DNA from: a virus
Lineage: Duplodnaviria > Caudoviricetes
IMG/VR virus record: IMGVR_UViG_3300036911_000012
Coordinates: 1-58,680 of that record
DNA length: 58,680 nt
Direction: 5' to 3' (one strand)
Positions within the stretch are counted from its first letter, which is position 1. Each line of letters begins with the position of its first letter. Shown piece by piece: positions 19,840 to 30,500 of the stretch. The notes beneath the pieces are model-generated. The model ran no database searches. It had not been told where the DNA came from and saw nothing but the letters and a program-made list of their open reading frames with translations. Position numbers and translations under genes: made by a program.

Positions 19840-19965
19840 TATCTTGTGCCCCGCCCGCTTCTCGGCTTGAGCGTGTGCCGCGTTGCGGGTGGCGCGCTTC
19901 TTGATCTCTTCGGGCTTACCGTGAAAGTCCCGGTACTCCTTCTTGTAGTCGCGCGCTTTGGTCAT
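19717..19965 (-). CDS. Small HNH-type protein
   Basis: RDYKKEY...DVDHKKPLRKGGTN...N...NR. Confidence 0.75.
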   Translation of the reverse strand: MTKARDYKKEYRDFHGKPEEIKKRATRNAAHAQAEKRAGHKISADVDHKKPLRKGGTNAPGNTQVKPASENRAWRKGKTGYD

Positions 19966-20138
19966 TTGCGCCTCCGCTTGTCCACCGAGTCAACGTTCAG
20001 GTATTTCTGACGTGCGACAATGGTTGCACTGTTGCGCCCAAGCCGCTGCGCAAGCAACCCAGTTCGATAGCCTTTCTCCGCCCACTCTAAGATGAGCTTG
20101 TCCTCGTCGGGCGTAAACTTTCGCGGAAGCGCTCTCAT
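19962..20138 (-). CDS. Small Myb/GcrA-like HTH protein (58 aa; not in the ORF track)
   Basis: My translation: MRALPRKFTPDEDKLILEWAEKGYRTGLLAQRLGRNSATIVARQKYLNVDSVDKRRRK; ATGA overlap with the HNH gene. Confidence 0.65.
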   Translation of the reverse strand: MRALPRKFTPDEDKLILEWAEKGYRTGLLAQRLGRNSATIVARQKYLNVDSVDKRRRK

Positions 20139-20168
20139 GTGCCTTGTTCCCCCTACTCCCAGAAGTAA

Positions 20169-23100
20169 CTACTGCACATTGTACATCGACTTATACTCGT
20201 CGAGCAAGCGCTTACTTCTATTGGTCACTCGCTGCCCCAGCTCATATGTGGCAGGCTTGCCCGCGTTTTGCAAAGTTCCAGAGCTGATCCGCTGGTCCGC
20301 AGGCACGCCAGCATTGAACGCTGATATAGCTTGCATGGCTTTGGCCTTGGCCGCGCCTGTGGCCCCCACCCACCCCTGTATCAGGGTTGCTCTTTCTTGG
20401 GATAGATTTTTTGCGGCTTTCTCGGATGCCCATCGGGCCGCGTTGTACTGCGCAGCGTTGGCGGGGTTGAAGCCAAGGGCCTGTGTAGTAATCTCGGCAG
20501 GGCCGACCGGAGCCATGCCCGGCTTATCGCTCCGTGTGGGTTTGCCGTAGACCCCAAGGCGAGCAGCTTTAAGTAAATCTGCAAGTGCTTTAACGGGCGT
20601 CGCTTTTTCAAAGGCCCCCTCCCAGTCTCCGTGCATGGCGGATTGCGACGCGTCGAGCGTGTCAGTCAGCATCGACCCCGGAGCCCCCGCCACGGTATCG
20701 AGCATATAGTTTAGTGTGTCTTGGGGCTTGTTGGAGGAGGGCTCTCCGAAGGTCAGCAAGCTACCAAGTCCGAGCCTGTGGTGTACGTCCACGCTCAAAG
20801 GTCCCAGAGCACGCGATAGGCCGTGCATGACGATCTCGCCCATCTGCGGACCAACAAGCGCAGACATTTCCTGTTGTGCCTTGTTCTCCAAATCATCCCA
20901 GTTTGTATTCGTCACGCCTAGGGCATTTGCCAGCATGACGGGAGCCTTGATAAGCTCTGTCGGCAGCCCGAGCACGCCCGCCATGGCCGCGTGAGTGGCG
21001 ACAACGCCTGCAAAGCTCCTCGCGGCTTGCGCCCTTACTTCGGGAGTATCCCCCTTGAACGCTTGATACAAGTTGCGTCCGAGCAGGTGGTATATCATCT
21101 GCGGGAACTGTTTGAACTGTAGGAAAGGCCGCAGCGACTGGTTGCGGAAAATAGGCGCAGCGTTGGTTGCCGAGTACAGCCCTTGCGTGTTGGCGAGGGT
21201 GTCCTTGGCGTAGCGCACAGCGGCTTGGTGGTTGCCGCCATTCTTGCGCAGCTCCAAGCGATACGCCGCGACCGCTTCGGCTACACGGTTGATACTCTCC
21301 GTGGCGCTGGTCAGCTCTCGAAACGCCCGGTCAACGCGCTCCATACCCGCTTGCACGCGGGTAGCATTCTCACCGAAGTGCCCAACCTCGAACCCCGCGT
21401 CGGGGTGGATATGCCCCGTCGCTTCGAGGTCCTTAATCATCGCGAGCACGCCAGACGAGTCTTTTACGTCCGCCAACTTACTCTTGAAGTAACCCAAGAA
21501 ATTGGTTGGCGAGGTGTCGTTCTTGAACACCTGCGCCATGCCCGCGACGCCCTTGGCGAGCGCAGGCGACACGCCTCCCATGTCTCGGTATGAGCGGTAC
21601 AGCTCGCGATACGCTTGCCCGAATCCGTGGCGAGCCCCTAGCACTGGTCCCGAGATCATGCCGGGGTGGGTCAAATGCAGCAGCAAATGCGCAGGCGACA
21701 TCATTCGTTTCCAGAATGACACGGCCATAACTTTCTGCCAGAACGGCGCAAGTCGCCCCGAATACTCTGGCGAGCCGAACCCGTAGATGCGCGACTCAAG
21801 TTCCTGGTGAGCGGTGCGCCGTGTAAAGGTCAGACCGTCTAAGCGGTTGGCCTCGATCTTGTCTTTCATCTTCGACATGTTCGTGTCGATAACGTCATTG
21901 AAGTCGGCGCGCGACCGTGCGGCGGCTGACGCCCGAGAGTAAGACGTGAGCGTGCGGATGATATCATCCGAAGCGCCTGCGACGTTGCGACGCTTGAGAT
22001 AGTGGGGCTCAAGCCGGTTGCCCGCGCGCATAGTTATGCTGGCCTCTGCCAGGGACTTGGCAAGGAGCGCCTTCGCCGGGTCGCTGAGGTCCTTGCGGCG
22101 GTTCACGGCGTCGATAAGCGTCTTGACCTGCGGCGACGACAACGAGTAGTCCACGTCTGGGTTGAGTCGTCTCTTGTCGATACCCGAAACGTTCTTGAGT
22201 CCTGAGTCGATCATCGCTTGTCGGATCGCTTTGATTTCGCGTGGCGTGTCCGCAAACTCGACATGGCTTCGCTCGACGCGCACTTGGTACTTGGCGACTG
22301 GCGAGCCGGCAGTGCTGATGGCGTCTTTCAACGCGACCCGCTCGCCTGTCAGTGGGTCGTAGTGTACGATCTTGGAACTGGTGGGCAGGTCTTGCGAAGC
22401 CGCGTATTTGTGCGCCTCCTCGCGCGTGCCGAACTCCACCGTGTCTTTGCCAATCTGCTTGGCGTTGGCGGGTACGTTCAACTCGTGCTCGCCTGTCACC
22501 ACGTAATCCCCGAAGCGTTTCATGGGGGCGTAGAACCCTTGCTGCTTCTGAAACTCAGTGGCGTCCTTGAGCGCCTTGCCAATCCCAAGCGCTTCGTAGT
22601 GGTTGCTGTCTTCCTCAGTCAGCTTGCCATCGAGCGCCCGCTGCACCACATCGTCGACCGTGGAACCCTTGGGGGCGTCATGCCCTTTCAGGACGGCCTC
22701 TAGGATCGCTTGGGAGCGCTCCTCATGCTCATTCTTGTAGTAGTCGCGCAGCTGGGCCCAGAGGTCTTTGAGGTCTTGTGGTAGGCTCTCATAAAGGGCC
22801 GCAAGTTCGGGGTGCTTGGCCCGCGCCGCCCAGTTATGCATGGCCCCCTCGGACTCGTCTTTTACGCCTTGTGCCAAACGTAGGTGGCTGTTGGCTTTCG
22901 AGTCAAGCGCTTGGTCAGGATGCAAATTGTACGCGGCTGAGTCGCGGAGGAGCTTGATAAAGGTGTACCACCCCTTGGCTCCCTCGTACTGGCGGCGGGC
23001 GACATAGAGCGCCTTGGCGAGATCGTTGGCCGGTTGCAGGTACGCGCGCATCCGCATACCCATCTTCTCGATGGCGTCGGTGACTTTGCGCATCGGATTG

Positions 23101-26100
23101 GTTTCGTCAACCGGCCCGAAATGCTTCTCCCACATTTGGCGCATTTGATCGTTCGCCAGGAACTTGACGCCCTTCTCGATAAAACCTTCCTGCGTGGGAG
23201 CCGACGCCATAATCTTCTGCACCCCCTTACTCGCAAGAGTAAGGGCTGCATGGCGAGCGCCTGCCTCTTGGCGGGGGCGTGTTACGGCGTTGTCGTCTTC
23301 GGACATACTTGCGCGAAGGGGGCGGGTAGCCCTGTTGAGCCGGTCGGCGTACTGCATCCCCGAGAGCGGGTCTTTGCTCCACGACAAACGCTCAGCGGTC
23401 GCCAGCGCCGCCTCAAGCACGTTTGAAAAGTGCGGAGGGAGGCCGATGGCCATACGCGCCATGGCGACTACGCCCGACCACAGCGACGCCCTACGAAATT
23501 CTTTGATCCCGAACTGCTCTGCCAGCTCTTGCGAGATTGGCGTCTTGTTTGCGATAGCTTGCAACTCCGGGTTGGATAGCATTTCCGCCAAAAACTCGTG
23601 TTCGTCAGTCATGGCGTACATCCCCGCCACATCTGGACGCGCCGTCAACAGCTCTCGCATGAGCCCCTGCAACTGCAACGTCGTCACCGTATCGCGCTCT
23701 AGAGCATCCGATATGGCGGCGTGTACGGCTTCGTGCATGACAGTGTGCATACGCCCACTTTCAGGAACTTCCGCGTTCATAACGATATGCCGCATGGCAG
23801 AATCATAGAACCCATACACACGCTGCCCCGGTAGGCTAGGAGGATGCAGTTCGTGGATGGTATCTTGGTCCACCCAATGCACAGGAACGTCGCCCACCAG
23901 GGCGTTGAGTTTCCGCGTGAGAAATGGGAGTAACCTGCTGGAGGTACGGTTGGTTGGAGGGAGATATTTCGTATCGAGGATATCTCCAACCCGACTCGTT
24001 TCGATAGGAGAGAACTTCTTGCCGTCCCAGGCCGTCACTGTGCCCGGCACCTCTGGCAGGGGGGCGCGGGTGGCGGTGTGATCGTCGAGAAACTCCACGA
24101 GCTGCGCTCGCGGCATGGCGACTATAGACTCGCGACGTGACGGGCCGGACCCGTCCGAGAACTGCTTGTCATAGAGCGCCGTAGCTTCCTCTGGAGACTT
24201 GACGCCCAGGATGACCTTATGCTCGTCAAACGCGCCGGTCTTAGGGTCGTGCTGGTTGATGACGTAGCCCGTGCCTGTCTCGCCTTTGGGGCCTACGAGC
24301 ACGTCAACGTGGTCGCCGTCAGCGCCTTTGGTGCCACGGATGTAGCCGTAGTCTCCGGGCATTTCGCTAGCCCAAGTCTTACCTTTGGGAGTAACCCCAA
24401 CGCGCTCTGCTCGGTCTCCTAGACCTAGCTCGTCGATCATGCGTTGTGCATCGATCTGGCGTATGCCCAAGTGCTCGGAAATTTGGTACGGCCACGGTTT
24501 CACGCCGCCGTTTTCAATGGCATCCTTTACGAGTGCTAGTGCCTTGTCGTGGGGCACGGGTTGGTTATTATGTCCCCAGAGAATATCTCCGGGTTGCGGT
24601 TTTCCACTGGGGCGTACCGCATCGCGCACCTGGTTATACCGTTCCATAGTGCGCCAAGACGCGTCGGAACCGGGCGCGGGTTTACTCTCGGGAGCAATTG
24701 TGCCAGTGCGGATCGACCCTTTCGGGTTTTCAATGCTTATCGGCAGCCCGTCTAGCGTCACTTTGCCCTTGGCGTAGTTGCCTGCGAGCTTCTGTGCTTC
24801 CGTTGGTTCGGTGTTTGTGGCCTTGCGGGCGGCGGCTATTTTGTCTTTGATGGCTTGACCGCGCGTCTTTTTGGCTTCGACCTTAAAGCCTGTGGCCTGC
24901 TTGCCCGCCACAAACGTGTCGCCCTCGATCTTGGGGGCCGGGCGCTCGCGCCCCTCGCCCTGCATGGGGGGTTCAACATCCTCACCCTGCGCGGCTTCGT
25001 CGCCGAGATTGACAACCGCCCCCTCGTGCTCACTATCTCCGCCCATACCCGCCAAGCTGTCGGCTGTTACCTTATCGCCGCGTATAGCATCACCCTCGCC
25101 GAACGACGCTTCTTTGTTGGCAACCGCACCCGAATGCTCAATGGCGTCGTAGTTCTCGGGATTGGCGCTCTTGCCCCAGTCCGGTACGCTCATTTTATCG
25201 ATGGCGTCGGATGCCGTTTGTTTTTTGCGGGCGTCACCCTCAGCCCGTCGCTCGGCTAAAACTTCCTTCTTATACCCAGCACGCAGGTCAAACTCGCGCT
25301 TCATAAACTTGGCGATATGCTCCGTTTCCAATTCTGGTTTCTTTGCGATGCTGCGCATAAGGTCGCGCGCTTCGGCGAGCAGTACCGCGCCAGTGCTGTG
25401 CTCGCGAGCCTCATCGTTGTTGTCACGCAGCCCGCCAGATATCTTAACGCCGGCCTCTTTCGCACGTTCCAGCATTGCTTTGGCGCGGTTTAACAGTGCC
25501 GTGCGTGCGCCAATACCCCCTTTAACCGTGGGGTTGACAGCGCGTGCTTCCGAAGGGGCGGGGGGAAGTTCCGCCATGATCTTGTCTGCGGCTAGGTTAT
25601 CCGAAGCCCGCTTGGCCTTTTCGGGTATGGTCCGATGCCCTGCGGCGGGCGGCGGGGGCGGCTCGGCGGCCTTGAGTCTGGCCGCAACTTGTGCTTGTGC
25701 TTCCGCGATACCACTCTCGCGCGCTGCCCGTCCTTGGGGGCTAACATCTTCCAATACCCTGCCAATGGGTGCGGGGCTACTTCCAGGAGCGGGCGCACGC
25801 GAAGCTGCGCTCTCAGTGGGCGAGAACGTCTGAGCCAGTGCGCCCGCAACCGGGGGAGCGTTGGGCACCAACTCATCCTCGGGGCCTTTAGTCCCTGGAG
25901 GCGTCTGCGCTGCTACGCGATCAGCCACAACCTTGGCCGGGTCCTCAACCTGTACCGTGCTATCGGGAGCCTTCCCCGCCTCCAACACTTGAGTCTGCAC
26001 AGGCGCAGTTTCAGTCGTCCCCGCTGCCGCCTTAAGCTCGGTGCCGTCCGGGGCGCGCTCTGTAACCGCAACGGGGGTCTCACCGGCAGCGATGCGGGCA

Positions 26101-27551
26101 GTGGCGTCGTTCTTGGTAACGGGTCCTAGCCCAAGGAGGCCCCCGAGGGTATCATCCTTGACGGCTTTCTTGATGGCCGGAAGCCCTATCAGCTCGGGGT
26201 TGTACTGAATAATGTCGTCGCCGAGCTTGGTCTGTCGCATGCCTGCGGGCTTAGGCAGCACGCCCTCGCCGCCCTTGTAAATCATAACCGGGCGCTTGCC
26301 GTCGACAAGCTCTTGCTGCTGCGCCTTGAGCGTGGCGTTGGCCTCGGGTACAGCGGTGTCCGTGGCAGGCGTGGGGGCGCTGGGGGCCTTACTTGCGGGA
26401 GTAGGCGTTTGGTCCTTGGGGGCGAGCGCCGCCGCTATGGCCGGGTCCACGGGTGACGGGGTGGGGGGCGCAGACGTATCCGTAGCGTCAGGCGTCGTCT
26501 TGGGCGGCGCGGCGCGTGAGGATGTGCCTGTGTCAGGAGCCAGCTCGTCAGGCTTGGGATACGAGCGTTCACTGCCAACGGCGTTGGACTGGCCGGGTAC
26601 TGGCTTGCGGGTGCTCTCGGGCCTAGTAATGAGCCCGTGAGCCGCCCCCAGCAAGGCCCCAAGCCCCATCTGCCCGAGCGTGTCCACTGCCCACGCATAC
26701 GCGTCAACGTTTGGCTGCACACCGGCTTGGGTTAACGCTTGCTGCTCGTCAAGGTCCACGCCACCAGCGTACACCCCCATACCAACAGCACCCTCCACCG
26801 CGTTAATGCCTGCGTTGGCGAGCCTGCCCCCCGTGCCCGTCGCACCACGCGCCACTTGACCTGCGATACCGCCTGCACCCCCGATAGCCCCGACGAGGGC
26901 TGCGATGGCCACGCGTCCATCGCCCATGACGTATTGTATAAGATCGTCTTTAGCTTGCGTCTCAGTGAAACCCGCTTCGCGTAGGTTGCGATAATTGAGC
27001 GCGCTTTTTTGCAAGACCAAGTCGGGGGTATCTTTTATCCGGCTGGATACGTCCCCCACAACCTGCGAAACGCTGAGTCCTGCCCCCATACCCATTGCCG
27101 TCGTCGTACCGGCTACTTCCCCAAGCGCGGCGCCGACAATACCTGCGGGTAGGGCCGCTGCTACGAGCGCGGGGGCCATGGGAGCTGCCTTGAGCAATGC
27201 TCCCGACAAAGGATGCTGCAAAAACGTACCCGACATAATTGACGAGTTTACGGTGTCGGCAGCGCTGGGGGTTAGTCCAGACATCAGGTCTGACGTGCTG
27301 TTGTTGAGACTGTTCTGCGCAGCGCTGAACTGTGCGTGGGCGACTGGGTCCGAGTCTGGGCTCGACGTAAAATACGCCCCCGTCCCCGCCAACCCCGAGG
27401 CCAGCCCCGTTACCCCCGTACCGAGCATGCGCCCATAGTCAGAAAGTGTAGGGGGTTCATATGGCTGGTTGAGCGCCTTGAGCGTGTCGCTGGGGTTGGA
27501 CGAAGATGCGTCCGGGTCAGCAAACCCCAGTACCGATATACTGTCAGCCAT
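20169..27551 (-). CDS. Large polyvalent internal virion/ejection protein (2460 aa)
   Basis: Inorganic pyrophosphatase-like domain (AGNYAKG, IENPKGS, DYGYIRGTKGADGDHVDV, FDEHKV), zincin HEAVH...EFLAE, PLxRFG-like PMKRFGDY; last of a series of internal proteins. Confidence 0.85.
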   Translation of the reverse strand: MADSISVLGFADPDASSSNPSDTLKALNQPYEPPTLSDYGRMLGTGVTGLASGLAGTGAYFTSSPDSDPVAHAQFSAAQNSLNNSTSDLMSGLTPSAADTVNSSIMSGTFLQHPLSGALLKAAPMAPALVAAALPAGIVGAALGEVAGTTTAMGMGAGLSVSQVVGDVSSRIKDTPDLVLQKSALNYRNLREAGFTETQAKDDLIQYVMGDGRVAIAALVGAIGGAGGIAGQVARGATGTGGRLANAGINAVEGAVGMGVYAGGVDLDEQQALTQAGVQPNVDAYAWAVDTLGQMGLGALLGAAHGLITRPESTRKPVPGQSNAVGSERSYPKPDELAPDTGTSSRAAPPKTTPDATDTSAPPTPSPVDPAIAAALAPKDQTPTPASKAPSAPTPATDTAVPEANATLKAQQQELVDGKRPVMIYKGGEGVLPKPAGMRQTKLGDDIIQYNPELIGLPAIKKAVKDDTLGGLLGLGPVTKNDATARIAAGETPVAVTERAPDGTELKAAAGTTETAPVQTQVLEAGKAPDSTVQVEDPAKVVADRVAAQTPPGTKGPEDELVPNAPPVAGALAQTFSPTESAASRAPAPGSSPAPIGRVLEDVSPQGRAARESGIAEAQAQVAARLKAAEPPPPPAAGHRTIPEKAKRASDNLAADKIMAELPPAPSEARAVNPTVKGGIGARTALLNRAKAMLERAKEAGVKISGGLRDNNDEAREHSTGAVLLAEARDLMRSIAKKPELETEHIAKFMKREFDLRAGYKKEVLAERRAEGDARKKQTASDAIDKMSVPDWGKSANPENYDAIEHSGAVANKEASFGEGDAIRGDKVTADSLAGMGGDSEHEGAVVNLGDEAAQGEDVEPPMQGEGRERPAPKIEGDTFVAGKQATGFKVEAKKTRGQAIKDKIAAARKATNTEPTEAQKLAGNYAKGKVTLDGLPISIENPKGSIRTGTIAPESKPAPGSDASWRTMERYNQVRDAVRPSGKPQPGDILWGHNNQPVPHDKALALVKDAIENGGVKPWPYQISEHLGIRQIDAQRMIDELGLGDRAERVGVTPKGKTWASEMPGDYGYIRGTKGADGDHVDVLVGPKGETGTGYVINQHDPKTGAFDEHKVILGVKSPEEATALYDKQFSDGSGPSRRESIVAMPRAQLVEFLDDHTATRAPLPEVPGTVTAWDGKKFSPIETSRVGDILDTKYLPPTNRTSSRLLPFLTRKLNALVGDVPVHWVDQDTIHELHPPSLPGQRVYGFYDSAMRHIVMNAEVPESGRMHTVMHEAVHAAISDALERDTVTTLQLQGLMRELLTARPDVAGMYAMTDEHEFLAEMLSNPELQAIANKTPISQELAEQFGIKEFRRASLWSGVVAMARMAIGLPPHFSNVLEAALATAERLSWSKDPLSGMQYADRLNRATRPLRASMSEDDNAVTRPRQEAGARHAALTLASKGVQKIMASAPTQEGFIEKGVKFLANDQMRQMWEKHFGPVDETNPMRKVTDAIEKMGMRMRAYLQPANDLAKALYVARRQYEGAKGWYTFIKLLRDSAAYNLHPDQALDSKANSHLRLAQGVKDESEGAMHNWAARAKHPELAALYESLPQDLKDLWAQLRDYYKNEHEERSQAILEAVLKGHDAPKGSTVDDVVQRALDGKLTEEDSNHYEALGIGKALKDATEFQKQQGFYAPMKRFGDYVVTGEHELNVPANAKQIGKDTVEFGTREEAHKYAASQDLPTSSKIVHYDPLTGERVALKDAISTAGSPVAKYQVRVERSHVEFADTPREIKAIRQAMIDSGLKNVSGIDKRRLNPDVDYSLSSPQVKTLIDAVNRRKDLSDPAKALLAKSLAEASITMRAGNRLEPHYLKRRNVAGASDDIIRTLTSYSRASAAARSRADFNDVIDTNMSKMKDKIEANRLDGLTFTRRTAHQELESRIYGFGSPEYSGRLAPFWQKVMAVSFWKRMMSPAHLLLHLTHPGMISGPVLGARHGFGQAYRELYRSYRDMGGVSPALAKGVAGMAQVFKNDTSPTNFLGYFKSKLADVKDSSGVLAMIKDLEATGHIHPDAGFEVGHFGENATRVQAGMERVDRAFRELTSATESINRVAEAVAAYRLELRKNGGNHQAAVRYAKDTLANTQGLYSATNAAPIFRNQSLRPFLQFKQFPQMIYHLLGRNLYQAFKGDTPEVRAQAARSFAGVVATHAAMAGVLGLPTELIKAPVMLANALGVTNTNWDDLENKAQQEMSALVGPQMGEIVMHGLSRALGPLSVDVHHRLGLGSLLTFGEPSSNKPQDTLNYMLDTVAGAPGSMLTDTLDASQSAMHGDWEGAFEKATPVKALADLLKAARLGVYGKPTRSDKPGMAPVGPAEITTQALGFNPANAAQYNAARWASEKAAKNLSQERATLIQGWVGATGAAKAKAMQAISAFNAGVPADQRISSGTLQNAGKPATYELGQRVTNRSKRLLDEYKSMYNVQ

Positions 27552-27572
27552 AGCGCTTACTCTCGGGGGTAA

Positions 27573-30500
27573 TTACCAAGTGGGGATGGCGCTTGTTGCG
27601 GGGCGGTTCATCGGCGATATACCCGATACCCCTCCTGGCACGTATAAACCCGGAGGGCGTGAGAGCGTGCGGTTGCCTGGACGTTCCGCAGCAAAATCTC
27701 TTGCGTTGACTGCGCTTCGGGCGTCCGTGATGGCTTTTTCGTCTGCGGCGGATTTTGCGTCCCGTTCGGCCTTAGCCGCAACCTTTGCTTGTATTTTGGA
27801 TGATAGGTCGGAGCGCACGGCTAGGATTTGCTTAAACCTCGCAGTAGGAACCGTGATCGGCGCAACGTGGTCGTCGTTGAACGTAATGAGCGTTCTCCCG
27901 CCAACCCCATCCATCCACGGCGTAGCCTCGAACGGTAGTTTGCCGTCAGGGCTCTGCCCGGCGACCATCTTGTACACCGCACTCGCGGCTTCGTCCGGGT
28001 CTATTTGGTTGTGTCTGGCAACGTCTACGATAGCCCCACGCAGCGCCGTGGCGTTTTGCGCAGGCACTACTTCTGAAAAAGCGTTCTTCGCCTCCGTCGT
28101 AGGAGCGCCGGACGGGTCCACCATCGTGGGGTTGAATACTTTGAACATGGCGTTCGTTGCGTCTGTTGTCTCGTCTGGACTGACGGGCTTGTCCACCATA
28201 GCGCGCAACTCCGCCGCCTTCTCTCGGTTACTCTCAAGTGTAGCCGCCGCCTTCTCTCGGTTACTCTCAAGTGTAGCCGCCGCCTCCCGATCCCGAGCTG
28301 CGCGCACCTCTGCCGACGCATCCGAGTGCTGCTGGGTGTCTTTCTGCGCAGCCGCTCGAAACTGCTCAGTCTGTCCCATATTTAGCGCCTGCCGCGCACC
28401 CGTCAGGCTGTCCTGGTAGCCCTTTTGCGCGTTGGATACCATTTCACCGTACATCTTTTGTGCGGGCGCATAGACGGTTTGGTTCCAGTCGTTGAGCTCG
28501 TCCTTGTACTTCTGTTCATATATTTTGCGACGCGGATCGTTGGCCGGCAGGGCATCGTAATACGTTCTGTCGGGCTCAGGGCGTTGCGCGAGCGCCGGGT
28601 CGAGTATCTGCGCCTTGTACCCTGCGATCTCTTGGTTGAGCTGCGCCTGATGCGCGTTGACAATGCGCGGGTCAATGTCCGCCATGCCCGGCTGCGGCGA
28701 GCCGTCGAGCGACACAGCTTGCGCGGGGGGTTGCGCAGGAGCCTGTGGCATGGGCGGAGGAGCCGGTGCGGGGGGCGCAGACGGCGGGGGAGTGGGAGCG
28801 TGGCCAGCCCCCGCACCGCTCTGAGCCTGGACCGGGATAGCCTGCGGGCCGCTACTCCCAGGAGTAACCGGGGGCGCAGGTCCGTTAACGGGCACTGCCT
28901 GCGGGGGTTGCCCTTGCGCAGGAGCTTGTCCATTCGTACGCCAGTTGCTGAGTTTGCCGAGCGCCGCTTGGTCAGCCGGGGTCATCTGCGCAGCTTGCGC
29001 CGCCCCCTGCGGATCATACTTCGCAGCCGCCTCGCTGTACAGCTTCCAAACCATTGTCCCGTCTTTGAGGCCAAGAGCCGCCTGCATGATCTCTTGCGGT
29101 GCAACTTCTTTCTGCCACACCGCTCGGTTCTGCATGTTGAGCTGGGTAACAGTGTAGTTGTCGCCCGGCCCTTTTTTGGCCTGGACTGTGTTGCCATCGA
29201 TCACGCTATCGTATCCCTTGACGATGGCCTTGACGGCCCCATCCGGGTCGCCCTTGTAGAACATCTTTATAGCTTCGTCGCCATGATGCGCAGCGGCGTC
29301 CCGCGACGCCATGAGGATGCTCGCGGCGGCCTTGTCGGCTTCCTGCGGCATGCCGTGCTGAATGTACCACTGGTGCATGCCCTCAAGGCCAGCGATATCC
29401 GCCATGTCGCTTCTGAGCGTGCCCGTGGGGTCCTCTGCCTTACGCAACGCCTGCATTTCTTCAGGGGTCGCGCTGTGATTGTGCATCACATCGAGCGAGC
29501 CGGTGGGCACTGCGCCATTTTGCGCTTGAGCCCCGCCGAGCATCTTCGCAATATACGACATGCCTCCCTGGATCGCTGCGGCGGCGGTGGAGGCGAGATT
29601 GCCGTGTTCATCCGCAATCTGCGGAGTCTCCGGGTCGGGCTCTTGACTGGGGTCGTGGTTCATTCCCGCGTAGTAGCTAGAGGGGCCTCCCGTTCCACCC
29701 CTCCCACCCCTACCCGTGGGGCCGCCACCGCCGCCCATGCGCATCCCAGAGCCTCCCAGGCCCGCTCCAATGCGGGGGAGGCCCCCCATCAGGTATGGGT
29801 TGCTGGACGCAACTTGAGGGCCTTGCGCAGCGGCCTGCTGGTCCTGTGCCCCCGTGGGAATAGCGCCCTGCGGGGGTTGAATCAGCGCGGGAGGCGTACC
29901 TTGGGGAGGGGCCACGCCCGCAAGTTCGGGGTTGCCCGTATTGCCACCCGCGCGGGCGTCTTCGTAGTCCGCTGAATTGGCCTCGTTATCGAACTGCGCG
30001 TCCTCACTCTCGTCGTCGGTAGGGCCGCCCAAATCGAACGCTTTGACAACGCCCCCTTTGGCCATGCGCTGTACAACGCCGCCCTTGGCAGCGGCGTACA
30101 CATCGCTCTGATCGCTCTGATCGTTCTGAGCCACAGGGATTGCCTGGGGCTCCACTTGGGGGTCTGCTTGCGCGTGATCCTTGGGGATGACGATAGGCGG
30201 AACCGCAGGAGTATTCTGCGGGTTACTCTGGGGAGTAGCCGCGCCGGGGGTTGGGTTCGCAGGGACAGACGGCGGCGCGTCATGCACAGGCAGCGCACTG
30301 GTAAGGTCTGCGGGTTTAGTGGGGGGCACCGGAGGCAGCGCCAGGGGCTGCGTTGCGGGGTGCAGAGCCATGGGCGCACTTGCCGCCACTGGAGCCGCCT
30401 GCCCAATAGGGACAAAGCTCTTGCCCGCAGAACCATCCGCGTTTTCAGTCGTAGCGATTGCCGCCGAGATCTTGGCGCGCACAGCCGGGTCCGACATATC

